Of a stretch of 39,492 nucleotides of DNA, positions 9,642-19,501 are shown piece by piece. The notes beneath the pieces were generated by a model, which did no database searches, had not been told where the DNA came from, and was given only the letters and a program-made list of their open reading frames with translations. The translations under genes were made by a program, and so were the position numbers. How positions within the stretch are numbered: position 1 is the stretch's first letter; each line of letters starts with the position of its first letter. Source of the stretch: a virus; IMG/VR virus record IMGVR_UViG_3300045988_127307, positions 1-39,492 of that record. The stretch is one strand, 5' to 3'.

Positions 9642-9648
9642 TAAAATG

Positions 9649-9682
9649 AACCCCTCTAAATAATTTTAGAGGGGTTTTATTA
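9649..9682 (+). terminator. intrinsic terminator after the major tail gene
   Basis: 12-bp stem AACCCCTCTAAA / TTTAGAGGGGTT with loop TAAT, followed by TTATTAT. Confidence 0.7.
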
Positions 9683-9703
9683 TGATATGAAAGGAAATAG
9701 ATA

Positions 9704-10153
9704 ATGGAAAAATTACAAGTAACAAGTTTAGATAGATTAAAACAAGTAAAACAAACTCAAATAGTAAGTTTAGGTAAATTTGAAGATGGGACAGAGCTCA
9801 TAGCTGAGCTAAAAAGACCAGATATGTTAGCTTTCATAACAGAAGGTAAAATACCTAATACTCTTTTACAAGAAGCAGCAGAAGTATTTAACGGGAAAAC
9901 TGAAACTGTAAACAAAGCAACTATAGAAGGAGATGTTACAGCTTTAAAACAGTTAGGAGAACTATTAGAGTTTTTATGTGAAGAAACATTAGTAAATCCA
10001 AGCTATAAAGAAATAAAAGAAATAGGTTTGACATTGCCACTAGAAATGAAAACAACAATTCTTACTTATGTTCAAGCTGGGATTGATGGGTTAAAAAGCT
10101 TTCGTAAAGAGCAAGAACGTATTGAGGATAATCAATCAGTCGGAGAAATATAG
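9704..10153 (+). CDS. tail assembly chaperone (gpG-like)
   Basis: 149 aa, acidic, located between the major tail protein and the tape measure. Confidence 0.65.
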   Translation: MEKLQVTSLDRLKQVKQTQIVSLGKFEDGTELIAELKRPDMLAFITEGKIPNTLLQEAAEVFNGKTETVNKATIEGDVTALKQLGELLEFLCEETLVNPSYKEIKEIGLTLPLEMKTTILTYVQAGIDGLKSFRKEQERIEDNQSVGEI

Positions 10154-10352
10154 AAGATTACCAAGTGAAATAGCAAGAATAAAAGATGAATACGTGGCTT
10201 TTTGCTTCGATGAAGCCTGTATGTATATATCAAGCCAACTTGAAGAAAAGAAAAAGCCACGATGGAGTGAAGATCTAATAGACCAAGAAACAGGAAAGAA
10301 AAAAACATTTATATCAGAAGCATGGAAAAAACAAAGAAAGGAGGGTAAATAA
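10095..10352 (+). CDS. tail assembly chaperone extension frame (gpT-like), probably reached by frameshifting from the 9704 ORF
   Basis: The overlapping frame opens at 10095, after TAA at 10092-10094. It ends at TAA 10350-10352, overlapping the tape measure ATG. The only in-frame start is a TTG at 10122. Confidence 0.5.
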   Translation, partial: KAFVKSKNVLRIINQSEKYRRLPSEIARIKDEYVAFCFDEACMYISSQLEEKKKPRWSEDLIDQETGKKKTFISEAWKKQRKEGK

Positions 10353-13300
10353 TGCCGGATACAAACTTAGGAACTGCAACAGGCTATTTAAATCTTGATA
10401 TTCATAACTGGAATAATGCATTAGATGATGCTAGAGAGAGTTTAAGGGAGTTTGAAAATAGTTCTAATTCTATGGGTGATACGTTAAGAAATACACAACA
10501 AGCTACAAATGGAGCAAGTGATGCATTACGAAACACGAGTGATTCAGCCAGCAGAGCTAGAAGTGCTTTTGATGGTGTTAGACAGGTAAGTAGTAGTACG
10601 AGCAATGCTTTTGATGATATTACAAGTTCGACATCTAGAACAAGAGATGAATTCAGCAGAACAACTCGAGAAGCGCAAAGATTCGAAAGACAAATGCAGA
10701 GATTAGAATATCAACTTGGTGGAGAAGTGCCACAAGCCACACGAGAGGCCTATCAAGAAATGTATAGACTTAGAAATGAACAAAGAAGAGCATCGAGAAC
10801 TTACGGAAGTTATTCTAGAGAAGCTATGCAAGCAAGAAATGCGATGACAGAATTTGCATTAAGTCTAGATGATAACACATTTAGGCAAGTCTACATGAGA
10901 AGTCAATTAGGACTTACAGAGGGGCAACTTCAAAGACAAGCTAATAGTATACGACTTAATGCGAGAATGACTAGTTTAATGGGAGACCAAACTCAAATTC
11001 TTACACAACGTATGCAAGGTTTACAGGCACATGGAATTAGACCAGAAATGTTATTACCAGCATCAACTCCAGGACAATTCCGATTATTAAGTGAAGCGAT
11101 GAATTTAGGAGTTTCGCCACTAAATCGTCTATCTGCAGGATATAGAACGTTAGGTGGTAGAGTTGAAGGAGTTATAAAGAGATATTCAGCTCAGAAAGTA
11201 GCAGTAAGACTTGCACAAGGAGATATGACGAGATACGGATTGTTAATGAGAAGTTTGACTACTGGTACTGCTAATCTTGGACTTGCAATTCCAATTGTAG
11301 GAGTTGCTGCAATTACCGCATATGGAACTTTATTTAGTGCAGCTATGCAAGCAGATGAAGGATTACAAAAGCTATGGGATACTACAAAAAACAAGTTAGC
11401 AAAAGCGTTCGAACCTTTGATAGAAACTGCAGGGCAAGTTTTAGAAGTAGGCATGAAAGTTGTTGGCGTTATAGCCGACTGGGTTACAAAATTCAATGAG
11501 GCACATCCAATAATCGCAAAAGTAGCTAGTGTAGTTGCCTTGTTAGCACCAGCAATGACATTATTGTTATTACCTCTTTCTATGGGTGCTGGATTATGGA
11601 ACGGTTGGATGGTTGCCCTCAATGGTGCTTGGACTATGATTGGTGGAGTTGTCGCAATGATAGGGACTGCTACATCAACCTTTTTCGCATTCGCTATACC
11701 AATTGCAGCGGTAACTGCTGGACTTATACATCTTTACAAAACAAATGAAACATTTAGAACTACTGTAAATAATGCCTGGCAATCGGTAAAAGAAAAGGCA
11801 AAGGATGTATTTGGTGCACTTGAAAAGTATTTTACAGAAACTATTCCAAATGCATATAAAAAAGGTGGTATAAAAGGAGTTATAGATCAATTTGCAGATA
11901 CATTTAAAAGTGGATTAGATAAGGTAAAATCATCATTACCTCAATGGCTAGAAAGCGGTAAAAGTATAGCTAGCAACCTGGCTCAAGGGATTAATCAGAA
12001 TTTACCAGCTTTACAGTCAAAAGCAAGCGAAATAATATCAAACTTAGTAGCTGGAATCTTGAAAGTAGCACCGAAATTAATAGAAACAGCAGGACAATTA
12101 ATCCAAGCATGGCTAAAAATGTGGAGTAATAATGTAAAATTATTTTTAGATGCTGGATTTAAACTGCTTGAAATGATTATGCAAGGTATAGCGCAAGCAT
12201 TGCCGACATTAATTGAAACTATAATAAATGTTGTATCTACGGTAATAAACATTATAGCTGAAAACCTACCAAAAGTAATTGAAGCAGGAGTATACATTAT
12301 AACTGCACTTGTAAATGGTATAAGCCAAAATCTACCAGCTATAGTCGATATAATAACAAATACTTTAAGTTCTATAGTTAACATCATATTAGAAAATTTA
12401 CCACTAATAATAGAAGCTGCAGCACAGATTATAACAACCTTAGCAGTTGCATTAGTAGAAAATTTACCAACATTACTAGAAGCTGCAGTAAAATTAGTTA
12501 TTGAAATTGCTAGATGCATATTAGAAAATTTACCACTAATAATAGAAGCTGGTATTCAACTTGTAATAGCATTAGGACAAGCAATAATACAAGCATTGCC
12601 TCAGATAGTTGTAGCAATTGGAGAATTATTTGTCGGAATATTAGAGGTAATAGGTGAAGAAATAGGAAAACTAGGTGAATTTTTATTAGGCAAAGCTATG
12701 GAAATAGTTTCTCAAATTCAAAGTAAAATATCGGAACTATGGGAACAAATAAAAGTAACAGCAATGGAAAAAGCTCAAGAGTTATGGCAATCTATAGAAC
12801 TATGGGCAAGTAACACATACAACAGTGTATCCATTTGGATTAGCAACTTAATAACATCAATAGGAACTTGGTTAAGTGGTTTGCCTGAAAAGATAGGCTA
12901 CATATTAGGATTTGTATTAGGAGCTATAACTAGTTGGGGAATTAATACATATAACTATTTTGCTACAAATATACCGATGTGGATTAATACCATAGGACAA
13001 TGGTTTTCTCAATTACCTTCTCGAATAGGTCAATGGCTTACAAATACATACAACAATGTAGTTAGCTGGGGAAGTAATATGTTATCAAAAGCACAAGAAA
13101 CAGGTAGTAAATTTATTGGCAATACTGTAAATTGGTTTCAACAATTACCAGGTCGAGTGTGGAATTTCCTAAGCAATACTTACAGTAAGGCTACTACATG
13201 GGCATCGCAAATGATTGCGAAAGCACAGCAAGCTGGAAGTCAATTTGTAAGTAGAATTGGAAGTACATTGTCAGCATTACCTGGCCGAGTGTGGTCGTTT

Positions 13301-13900
13301 TTATCTAGCTGTATATCGAAAGCAACTAGCTTTGCATCACAATTCGGGGCAAAAGGACAAAAAGCTGCATCTGATTTTAAAAGTAAAATAGTGAGTGGAG
13401 TTAAGTCTATCCCAGGACAAATGGCAAGCATAGGTAAGCAGATAGTCCAAGGTATATGGAGAGGTATATCTGGAGCTGGAAGTTGGTTAAGAAGTCAAAT
13501 ATCTAATTTTGCCAGTGGAGTTGTGAAAGGATTTAAGGCAGGATTCAAGATAAACTCACCTTCTAAAATCATGCGAGATGTAATTGGTGTTGGCATAGTA
13601 GAAGGTATCGGTGTCGGAATAGACCAAGAAGAAAACAGTTTGCTTGGAAAAGCTAAAAATCTAGCTAATAGCGTAGTTAGTGTTATGAACAATAATGCAA
13701 CTACAATGGATTTAGTAGGAACTGCTAGAGGTTTAAGTGGCAACGTTAGCGCTGTAACTCAAACAACACAAAATAATACAAGTAATTTTGCTAGTTTACT
13801 ACATATAGAAAATCTAACTATAAACGATGATAAGGATATAGAAACTCTAGCAAATGATTTAGCATTCTACCTAAAAAGAAAAAATGTATTAACAGTATAA
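10352..13900 (+). CDS. tape measure protein
   Basis: 1182 aa with hydrophobic segments. It contains tandem 22-aa (E/Q)NLP repeats and W/F-periodic repeats. Canonical position. Confidence 0.9.
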   Translation: MPDTNLGTATGYLNLDIHNWNNALDDARESLREFENSSNSMGDTLRNTQQATNGASDALRNTSDSASRARSAFDGVRQVSSSTSNAFDDITSSTSRTRDEFSRTTREAQRFERQMQRLEYQLGGEVPQATREAYQEMYRLRNEQRRASRTYGSYSREAMQARNAMTEFALSLDDNTFRQVYMRSQLGLTEGQLQRQANSIRLNARMTSLMGDQTQILTQRMQGLQAHGIRPEMLLPASTPGQFRLLSEAMNLGVSPLNRLSAGYRTLGGRVEGVIKRYSAQKVAVRLAQGDMTRYGLLMRSLTTGTANLGLAIPIVGVAAITAYGTLFSAAMQADEGLQKLWDTTKNKLAKAFEPLIETAGQVLEVGMKVVGVIADWVTKFNEAHPIIAKVASVVALLAPAMTLLLLPLSMGAGLWNGWMVALNGAWTMIGGVVAMIGTATSTFFAFAIPIAAVTAGLIHLYKTNETFRTTVNNAWQSVKEKAKDVFGALEKYFTETIPNAYKKGGIKGVIDQFADTFKSGLDKVKSSLPQWLESGKSIASNLAQGINQNLPALQSKASEIISNLVAGILKVAPKLIETAGQLIQAWLKMWSNNVKLFLDAGFKLLEMIMQGIAQALPTLIETIINVVSTVINIIAENLPKVIEAGVYIITALVNGISQNLPAIVDIITNTLSSIVNIILENLPLIIEAAAQIITTLAVALVENLPTLLEAAVKLVIEIARCILENLPLIIEAGIQLVIALGQAIIQALPQIVVAIGELFVGILEVIGEEIGKLGEFLLGKAMEIVSQIQSKISELWEQIKVTAMEKAQELWQSIELWASNTYNSVSIWISNLITSIGTWLSGLPEKIGYILGFVLGAITSWGINTYNYFATNIPMWINTIGQWFSQLPSRIGQWLTNTYNNVVSWGSNMLSKAQETGSKFIGNTVNWFQQLPGRVWNFLSNTYSKATTWASQMIAKAQQAGSQFVSRIGSTLSALPGRVWSFLSSCISKATSFASQFGAKGQKAASDFKSKIVSGVKSIPGQMASIGKQIVQGIWRGISGAGSWLRSQISNFASGVVKGFKAGFKINSPSKIMRDVIGVGIVEGIGVGIDQEENSLLGKAKNLANSVVSVMNNNATTMDLVGTARGLSGNVSAVTQTTQNNTSNFASLLHIENLTINDDKDIETLANDLAFYLKRKNVLTV
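12385..12551 (+). repeat. 35-bp perfect direct repeat inside the tape measure repeat array (copies at 12385-12419 and 12517-12551)
   Basis: CATATTAGAAAATTTACCACTAATAATAGAAGCTG occurs twice. The offset is 132 bp, which is 2 x 66 bp (two 22-aa units). Confidence 0.9.
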
Positions 13901-13912
13901 GGAGGTGTAGAA

Positions 13913-14671
13913 ATGGAATTTATGGAATATAGAGATCCAATAATTTTGTACTTAGACGATAAACCTAGTACAGATTACGGAATAAAGGTGTATGAAAGTA
14001 ATATCCTTTCTGCGCCTTCTAAAAGGTTAGAGTTTATTGAAATAGAAGGAAGAGACGGAGCATTAACAGTAGACAATGGATATGAAGATTTTATACTAAA
14101 ACTAAGTTGTGTGCTAGTAAATGAACATGATGAAATTGAAACTACTCCAGCATTAGCAAGGAGAGCAAAGAAATTTCTTCTTAATGGAACAAATAGAAAA
14201 ATACAATTAAGTGAGGATATGGATTACTATCTGTTAGGGACTTACAATTCTGATATTGACATAGAAGAAGCAATTGAAAACTTTGGATTGTTTCAGGCAC
14301 AATTTAGATGTAAACCTTATAGATTTTCAAATAAAAGCAAAACAGTAGAAATAACTACTAAAAATACTATAATAAAAAATGATGAATATAAAACTAATCC
14401 TGTTATTGATGTGTATGCGACAGGGGATATAACTATTAATATAAATAATCAAGAAATAATTTTAAAAGCCTTAGAAGGGCATATAAAACTTGACTGTGAT
14501 TTAATGAATGCAACTACTGTTAATTCGCTTGGAAAAACAGTAAATGCAAATCATAAAATGTATAGTGATTTTCCGATATTAGAAGAAGGTAATAATAATA
14601 TAACCTGGTCGTTGGGAACAGGTGCTAGTTTTACTAAAATAAAAATAGATTATAGAATGGCGGTGATATAG
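13913..14671 (+). CDS. distal tail protein (Dit, Sipho_tail-like)
   Basis: 252 aa, immediately after the tape measure. Contains a ...IEGRDGALTV... pattern. Confidence 0.65.
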   Translation: MEFMEYRDPIILYLDDKPSTDYGIKVYESNILSAPSKRLEFIEIEGRDGALTVDNGYEDFILKLSCVLVNEHDEIETTPALARRAKKFLLNGTNRKIQLSEDMDYYLLGTYNSDIDIEEAIENFGLFQAQFRCKPYRFSNKSKTVEITTKNTIIKNDEYKTNPVIDVYATGDITININNQEIILKALEGHIKLDCDLMNATTVNSLGKTVNANHKMYSDFPILEEGNNNITWSLGTGASFTKIKIDYRMAVI

Positions 14672-17600
14672 TGATACCAAGAATTTATGATAATAGTTTT
14701 ACAACGTATGAAAGCAATGGATTAGGTTTATTGGTAGATGCTATATCTTGCCAAGTTGAAGAAGAATCAAACGGGGATTTTGAGTTAACACTTGTATATC
14801 CTTCCGATGGTTCTTTTTTTTATGCATTAAAACAAGATAATCTTATAAAAGCTGATGCATCTGACAGTCTAAAAGGGCAACTTTTTAGGATAGATACTAT
14901 AAGCAAACCTTTAAATGGGCAAGTAACAGTATATGCAAAACATATTTCATTTGATTTAGCTAAAAACTCTTTAAACGAAGATATAAACGAAAGGAATATA
15001 AATTGTGAAAATGCTGGTAAGCATATGCTTCAAAAATCTGATGCTGACAGTAGATTTTCTATTGAAAGTAACATAGAAATGCTGGGTAACTATAGCATGG
15101 ATAGAAAAACAGATTGTTTATCTGCTATAGCTGGAACAAGAGGTTCTCTTATAGATACATTTGGTAATGGTCCTAAGCTTCTTAGAGATAACTTTACAAT
15201 ATCCGTACTTAATAGAAGGGGTAAAGATGATAACACTCTTATAGCTTATAAGAAGAACATTACAGGATTTACATTAGAAGAGGATTACTCAGAAATAATT
15301 AATATTATAAAACCTTATGCAACAGTTACAGATGAAGAGGGTAACGAATCTTCTATATACATTGACGAAATAGGAGTAAAAACATCTAGATATGTAGAAG
15401 GCGATATAATAAAAAGTCAATGGATAGATTTTTCTGATAAATTTGATGAAGATGAAACTCCAACAAAAGAAAAATTAAAGAATTTAGCTGAAAAATATTT
15501 CAACGATAATAGCTGCGACCTTCCTAAAATGACTTATAAAATAGAATTTCAACCACTTAGTCAAACTGAGGAATATAAGGAAGATGGATTATATGAGTTA
15601 GAGCATATAGGCATGGATGATAGTGTCTATATAGCTAACAGTAAATACAAAATAAGAGACCAAGCTAGAGTTATAAAAACAACTTATAACGTATTAGCAG
15701 ATAAATATATATCTATAGAGTTAGGTGATCCAAAGACAACATTAGGCTCAATTATAAATAAATCTAATAACGATACTGTAACAAAAGATGAAGTAAAAGA
15801 GATTATAAAAAACAATAAAAAAGATTATCCTAATACATTGCCAGCAATTCCCGTTGTAAACATAGATAGAGCTGGATTTAAGACAATTTCCCTTAGTTGG
15901 GAGTATGAGAATAAGCCTTATTATTCTTATGAGGTATATGCAAGTCAAGAGCAAGGATTTACACCTAATGCTTTTGACCTAATTTTTAAAGGTCAAGCTA
16001 GTGCATTTTTACATGAAGTTGAATGCTCACAAACTTGGTACTACAAAGTGAGAGCGGTAAATACCTATGGAAATACTACGGATTTTTCAGAAGAAGTTAG
16101 CGCAACAACTACAAAAATAAGCGATGCTGCAGAATACTTTCAAGAAGCAGCAATAGAAAGTGCTTTGATAGGCTCACTTAATGCAGATGTAATTAATGCT
16201 GGGAAACTTAAAGGAACTTATATAGATGCAAGAAATTTAAATGTCTTAGATGGAAATGGCAATACAACAATGTCTGTTAGTAGTGCAGGCATAGTAAAGC
16301 TTATACAAGGACTTATAGATATTTCAGACGAAGGAATAAGAATTAATTTACAAGATAGTGAGAATAACATTGTAGGTTATGTGGTTTACGATGGTCAGGG
16401 AGTTCAAATATTTACAAATGATGATGAGCCAATAAGTTCATTTCATAGAGAGGGCTCATATGCTGAAAAGTTTGTTGTAGATAGATTATATTGCCCAGCG
16501 GTGGTTCAAGTCGCTGACCTAAATGGATGCCCATCAGACTGGTATATAGGGAAAACAGCTACAGGCGATAGAACAGGAAGAGACCAAAATAACAAGGCTG
16601 ATTCACTTAGTACAGTTTTAAGAAATGTAAAAAATTATGGAACAAAATTTGATGCTAAACTTACAATTCATGTAGAAGATGGATGTGTAATAAATGAAAA
16701 GGGCTTAGTCCTACAGGACTGCATGGGTACAGTATTTAGAATAGAACTTGGGGCAAATGTGGTTATAAATTGTGAATACTTTAATATCGAGGACTTATCT
16801 AGTAGGATATTTATGGAGTATGTATCTGATAAAAGACTTGTTGGAGGTGAGATTACTCAAGCTGATTATAATAAATATCCAATTATTAACTCGACTTCAG
16901 ATGATTCAGTAATAAGTGTTCGACACGTGGATTATATAGAAATAAGAGGTGTAAGATTTGAGGGAGTTGAGGGAGCTACTGGTATCAAAGGATTAGCAGG
17001 AACAAATTTAGTTGTTGATGATTGTGATTTCTTTGGAGTAGACCAATGTCTAAAAGCAGATGGTAGCTCAAATGTGTCCCTTGGGTGGTGTTCAGGTAAT
17101 GTTGATAAATTAGCATCAATTTATAATGGTTCAATTTTGACTACAAGCAGAAGAATACCAAAATATTCAAGTGAAGAAATGGTTTATGTTGCAGAAAATG
17201 CGATATTTATTAAAAGTCAATATTCTTATGTTCAATATGATACATTGCATAGTTCAAGTGGCTCATCACCAGGAGGAACAGGAGGAAATGGAACTAATTT
17301 AAATGATGTATTTTCAATACCGACTTCAAACCTTTACACAATGGTTGAGGGCACAGGTAAAGTCACCTCAGCTCGTAAAGGATATACAGGTCAGGGTAAA
17401 TATAAGACTCTTAAAGCTCATAGGGGTTATATAAAATTGCCGATAGCTAGTATACAGTCAGTTATGGCGAATAAAAAATCTTATACATTAAAATTAAAAT
17501 TAACAAGACTTAATACAGAGCATGGATATAACTCAAAAACTCCGCATCCAATATTTAGAGCAACAGGAGGTTCAGCAGGTGCAACTGATTATTGGGACTC

Positions 17601-19488
17601 AAATGTTAGATTTGCAAGGGGAGAAACTCAAACTCTTACTTTGCCAACAAGTATAGTACAGGCAATAGAAAAGGGAGCAGATACATTGGAGTTATGGGCA
17701 TCAAGTAATCAAGAGCAGCAATATGCCTTCTTTGGTGATGTAGTATTGACTATAGAAGGGGAAAATACATCACAAGGCGATACCGATAAACCAGGTACTG
17801 ATGTAGGCAGTGGTGAGACTGCATATTCAGCAGTAGGTACTACTACAGCCAACTTAAACGTTAGAAAAGGTGCAGGCTCTAGTTATGCAATAATTACAAC
17901 ACTAGCACAGGGCACAAAAGTAAATATAGTGGCTAAAGATAATGCGACAGGATGGTATAAAATAACTTATAATGGAGCTTATGGTTATGTATCAAATAAA
18001 TATATCACTATAGAATCAACAGGTGGAGGAACAACTCCAGGTAAGGACACAATTTATGATTTCCCATATGCAGATGAAATGGTGGAAGTTGGGCTAACAT
18101 ATTGGAGAGTGTGTGACAACGAATATACAAGTGGCCAATCATGGTCACAAGGTTTTACCTATAGAAGTGCTAATACACCATTAAGTGGAACTTGTAAAGC
18201 GGAACAGGATGTTGCAGGGTCATTATGGGAGGTAGTAACTAGAAGTGGTAAAACTAGACACTATAAAGCGATAGACTGTAGTACCTTTGCAGGTATGATG
18301 ACAAAAGGACTTGAATATGTGAATGGGCCATATGCTAATAAAACAAACTTTACTAATTTCCGTAAAAATATATTACAGAAAAGCAGTAAAAAATGGGCAT
18401 TTAATATGGTGAAGGCAGATGGTACATGGGCAAGAGAGGCTGCAGCTCAATGTGAGTATTTCGATAGAGTTGGTCTTGGAATTGTATATTACAGAAATGT
18501 AGATACAGGAAAAACTTACGGAAGCAAAGGCTCAACTGATGATAATTTCTCACCAATAAAAAAAGGGGACTTAATATTCTATTCTAAAAAAGACTCTAGC
18601 GGAAATTGGAAACAACCTAATAGATATATGAAGGTTTCTCATGTAGCAGTATGTTATGGAGATAATTCTAGTGGTAAAAAGTCAGTTATAGAATCTACAA
18701 ATGGAACTATGAGTAAAAACCATACGTTCGATGATGGGACAACAATTAACGCTGGTATAAGAATAGTTTCAATAGCAGGGACTTCTGGGTATGCTGATGA
18801 TATCGTAATGGTAGTAAGACCTCAACCTAGCCACTATAATGGAAATATTCCAGGAGGTGGAACAGAAAGTGGTGGTACTGGTGGAGGTACAACAGGCGAT
18901 GGAGTAACTGATGCAGGTACAACTGAATACACAAATTGTGTAAGTGAACAGGGAACAATAGATGGAAATAAATATGTATATAAATTAAAACAATGTAAAA
19001 TAACTGCATATGGTGGAGACAGTGGAAGTGCTTGTAATATACCATTGAATTTGGGTAAAACTTGCGGTTCGTTCAATTTACCATTCGGAACAAAAATCTA
19101 CATTCCAAGCCTTAAAGGTAAAAGTATTACAGACGGAAATGGAAAAACAGTAACTTGCGATGGTATATTTACAGTAAATGACACGGGTGTAGGCGGAACA
19201 GACTTTGACCTTTATATGAGTACTAAGTCAGATACAAATGCAGAAAGTGTATTTGGAAATACAAGAAGAGAAGATGTCTACATTCTTAGTTATGGCAGTG
19301 GATATGGTTATGCTTGGTCATACACGCAAAGTTATAAATGGGCTTACAATAATGGAACATTAAGCGCTTATAAAGTGGCTTTCAAGGACTATATCAAATA
19401 CGGAGGTACGTTAATAAACTTCCTTAAATTCAAAAATGATGATGCAAATATAAGAAGTTCTACATATTGGAGCATATTAAACAGTTAA
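14671..19488 (+). CDS. tail-associated lysin (Tal): tail endopeptidase-type N-terminus, FN3, SH3b, NlpC/P60-like and 3D/RlpA-like domains
   Basis: The N-terminus IYDNSFTTYESNGLGLL...NGDFELTLVYP is typical of the phage minor structural protein N-terminal region. FN3-like at about 15850-16110. SH3b-like at about 17820-18010. Cys/His hydrolase signature (IDCSTFAG ... SHVAVCYG) at about 18050-18800. CKITAYGG...FTVNDTG at about 18990-19240. Confidence 0.85.
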   Translation: MIPRIYDNSFTTYESNGLGLLVDAISCQVEEESNGDFELTLVYPSDGSFFYALKQDNLIKADASDSLKGQLFRIDTISKPLNGQVTVYAKHISFDLAKNSLNEDINERNINCENAGKHMLQKSDADSRFSIESNIEMLGNYSMDRKTDCLSAIAGTRGSLIDTFGNGPKLLRDNFTISVLNRRGKDDNTLIAYKKNITGFTLEEDYSEIINIIKPYATVTDEEGNESSIYIDEIGVKTSRYVEGDIIKSQWIDFSDKFDEDETPTKEKLKNLAEKYFNDNSCDLPKMTYKIEFQPLSQTEEYKEDGLYELEHIGMDDSVYIANSKYKIRDQARVIKTTYNVLADKYISIELGDPKTTLGSIINKSNNDTVTKDEVKEIIKNNKKDYPNTLPAIPVVNIDRAGFKTISLSWEYENKPYYSYEVYASQEQGFTPNAFDLIFKGQASAFLHEVECSQTWYYKVRAVNTYGNTTDFSEEVSATTTKISDAAEYFQEAAIESALIGSLNADVINAGKLKGTYIDARNLNVLDGNGNTTMSVSSAGIVKLIQGLIDISDEGIRINLQDSENNIVGYVVYDGQGVQIFTNDDEPISSFHREGSYAEKFVVDRLYCPAVVQVADLNGCPSDWYIGKTATGDRTGRDQNNKADSLSTVLRNVKNYGTKFDAKLTIHVEDGCVINEKGLVLQDCMGTVFRIELGANVVINCEYFNIEDLSSRIFMEYVSDKRLVGGEITQADYNKYPIINSTSDDSVISVRHVDYIEIRGVRFEGVEGATGIKGLAGTNLVVDDCDFFGVDQCLKADGSSNVSLGWCSGNVDKLASIYNGSILTTSRRIPKYSSEEMVYVAENAIFIKSQYSYVQYDTLHSSSGSSPGGTGGNGTNLNDVFSIPTSNLYTMVEGTGKVTSARKGYTGQGKYKTLKAHRGYIKLPIASIQSVMANKKSYTLKLKLTRLNTEHGYNSKTPHPIFRATGGSAGATDYWDSNVRFARGETQTLTLPTSIVQAIEKGADTLELWASSNQEQQYAFFGDVVLTIEGENTSQGDTDKPGTDVGSGETAYSAVGTTTANLNVRKGAGSSYAIITTLAQGTKVNIVAKDNATGWYKITYNGAYGYVSNKYITIESTGGGTTPGKDTIYDFPYADEMVEVGLTYWRVCDNEYTSGQSWSQGFTYRSANTPLSGTCKAEQDVAGSLWEVVTRSGKTRHYKAIDCSTFAGMMTKGLEYVNGPYANKTNFTNFRKNILQKSSKKWAFNMVKADGTWAREAAAQCEYFDRVGLGIVYYRNVDTGKTYGSKGSTDDNFSPIKKGDLIFYSKKDSSGNWKQPNRYMKVSHVAVCYGDNSSGKKSVIESTNGTMSKNHTFDDGTTINAGIRIVSIAGTSGYADDIVMVVRPQPSHYNGNIPGGGTESGGTGGGTTGDGVTDAGTTEYTNCVSEQGTIDGNKYVYKLKQCKITAYGGDSGSACNIPLNLGKTCGSFNLPFGTKIYIPSLKGKSITDGNGKTVTCDGIFTVNDTGVGGTDFDLYMSTKSDTNAESVFGNTRREDVYILSYGSGYGYAWSYTQSYKWAYNNGTLSAYKVAFKDYIKYGGTLINFLKFKNDDANIRSSTYWSILNS

Positions 19489-19501
19489 TAGGAGGTGTAC
19501 T

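Noticed and set aside
10402-13743. Several - strand ORFs (63-174 aa) inside the tape measure gene
   Set aside because: All are antisense to a continuous 1182-aa ORF with clear tape measure features. Their composition mirrors the sense-strand repeats. The same reasoning applies to the - strand ORFs inside terS/terL, the portal, capsid, Tal and RBP genes.
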